From positions 94,428,001 through 94,492,000 of the forward strand of contig NC_086108.1 in assembly GCF_963921235.1 (NCBI RefSeq): 64,000 nucleotides of DNA, given 5' to 3'. A program made the translations under genes and the position numbers. The DNA comes from Mobula hypostoma (lineage: Eukaryota). Each line of letters begins with the position of its first letter. Position 1 is the first letter of the stretch. Shown in pieces: positions 63,568 to 64,000 of this stretch. The notes beneath the pieces are model-generated. The model saw only the letters and a program-made list of their open reading frames with translations, was not told the origin of the DNA and ran no database searches.

Positions 63568-63647
63568 CAGGAGTTTCCAACCTGGGGTCCACGGACCCCC
63601 TAGTTAATGGTAGGAGTCCAAGGCACAAAAAAGGTTGGGAACCCCTG
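63568..63647. mobile_element. 80-bp hAT (Charlie-like) MITE in the DR1 intron
   Basis: TIRs CAGGAGTTTCCAACCT / AGGTTGGGAACCCCTG; perfect 8-bp TSD ATTTAGAG (63560-63567, 63648-63655). Confidence 0.88.
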
Positions 63648-64000
63648 ATTTAGAGATACAATACTGTAACGGGTCCTTCTGGCCCAACAAGCCTGCGCTG
63701 CCTAATCATACCCATGTGGCCAATTAACCCATTAACTGGAGCATCTTTGGAATGTAGGAAACTGGAAGAATCATACGTGGTCTCAGGGTGAATGCACAAA
63801 CTACCTAGAGACAGCAAGAGAATTGAACCCAGGTCACTGCCGCTGTAATACTGTTACATTAACCACTCAGCTACCGTGCGCCCTAAAATACCGAAGCGTT
63901 ACAGTTTCAGAAGCCTGCCCCATTTATTACAAGATCAAAGGATCAGAGAAACATAGGTGCAGGAGGCTATTTGGTCCATGTGATCAAGAATGAAATAATC

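Noticed and set aside
1..64000. Prokaryotic-type systems (CRISPR, operons, retrons)
   Set aside because: The sequence is eukaryotic, with spliced genes and vertebrate repeats. All RT ORFs belong to the Gypsy, CR1, Rex1/Babar or Penelope classes, and there is no repeat-spacer array.

Overview
Repeat-dense vertebrate DNA. The repeat content (CR1/HER1-type LINEs, Rex1/Babar LINEs, V-domain HE1-type SINEs, Penelope-like elements) points to a cartilaginous fish; this is inference, not a database hit. Two host genes touch the window, both on the minus strand: the last coding exon and 3'UTR of DR1 (NC2-beta, 63005-63154), and about 44 kb downstream the 24-nt first coding exon of FNBP1L (MHWGTELW|GTGAGT, 18395-18418) in a CpG island. 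This is the DR1-FNBP1L order known in human. Most of the rest is decayed mobile DNA: a CsRN1-type Gypsy element (tRNA-Trp PBS, CHCC Gag knuckle, -1 frameshift signal), Tc1/mariner and hAT elements, a solo LTR and a four-level nested insertion. The most interesting signal is a Penelope-like (RT + GIY-YIG) family with a minimal hammerhead ribozyme near its 3' end. It occurs as two long copies, as a 2.1-kb palindrome of two 3' ends enclosed by one 13-bp target-site duplication (TSD), and as several 100-320 bp ribozyme-plus-tail or fold-back mini-insertions with their own 11-16 bp TSDs. Coordinates were read by eye; boundaries of old repeats are approximate.
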